Below, in pieces: positions 63,964-64,000 of a stretch of DNA of 64,000 nt. Below the pieces are notes generated by a model. The model was not told where the DNA came from, made no database searches, and worked only from the letters and a program-made list of their open reading frames with translations. Positions within the stretch are counted from its first letter, which is position 1; each line of letters opens with the position of its first letter. The DNA is taken from positions 96,001 through 160,000 of the IMG/VR virus record IMGVR_UViG_3300031998_000011; one strand, given 5' to 3'. The position numbers and the translations under genes are program-made. The DNA comes from a virus (Duplodnaviria; Caudoviricetes).

Positions 63964-64000
63964 ATGAACAATCTGACACTTGAAGAGATCGAAGCGCTGA
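63964..64000 (+). CDS. Gene start truncated by window edge
   Basis: GAGGA upstream, MNNLTLEEIEAL... Confidence 0.45.
   Translation, partial: MNNLTLEEIEAL

Noticed and set aside
1-64000. Stop-codon reassignment
   Set aside because: Long genes are intact and tightly packed under the standard code; TAG ends the 10187 gene with another in-frame stop soon after.
1-64000. CRISPR array, tRNA or rRNA genes, reverse transcriptase/DGR
   Set aside because: No repeat-spacer array, cloverleaf or RT motif seen by eye; a tRNA or Rfam scan could still find something.

Overview
This window looks like part of a large tailed dsDNA phage (jumbo-phage-like) genome, with almost all genes on the + strand under the standard code. 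In order: a truncated GT8 glycosyltransferase and a tail-fibre/receptor-binding module (1-6.4 kb); small accessory and membrane genes, a second AT-rich fibre-like gene, a LigD-phosphoesterase/ATP-dependent DNA ligase fusion and an HD hydrolase (6.5-14.7 kb); an early-type region of promoter-gene-terminator cassettes, two AIDA-like beta-helix proteins, an array of about 10 paralogous SH3-like/coiled-coil domains and RtcB (14.9-29.3 kb); then a head module with portal, many glycine-zipper proteins, prohead protease, scaffold, decoration and major capsid genes (30.5-64 kb). Three genes for a bacterial-type multisubunit RNA polymerase sit inside the head module: beta N-terminus, an intein-containing beta/beta' fusion, and beta' C-terminus. 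Main unexplained signals: (1) a 23-bp palindrome ATTTTSAACTTSAAGTTSAAAAT recurring every 13.5-15.4 kb, two copies inside genes; (2) a portable N-terminal leader ending in K-x-A shared by head proteins, membrane-type proteins and an HD enzyme, which suggests a capsid cargo-tagging and processing system; (3) the re-split, zinc-finger-less RNAP with a GADFDGD active site. All calls were made by eye from motifs; no database searches were run.
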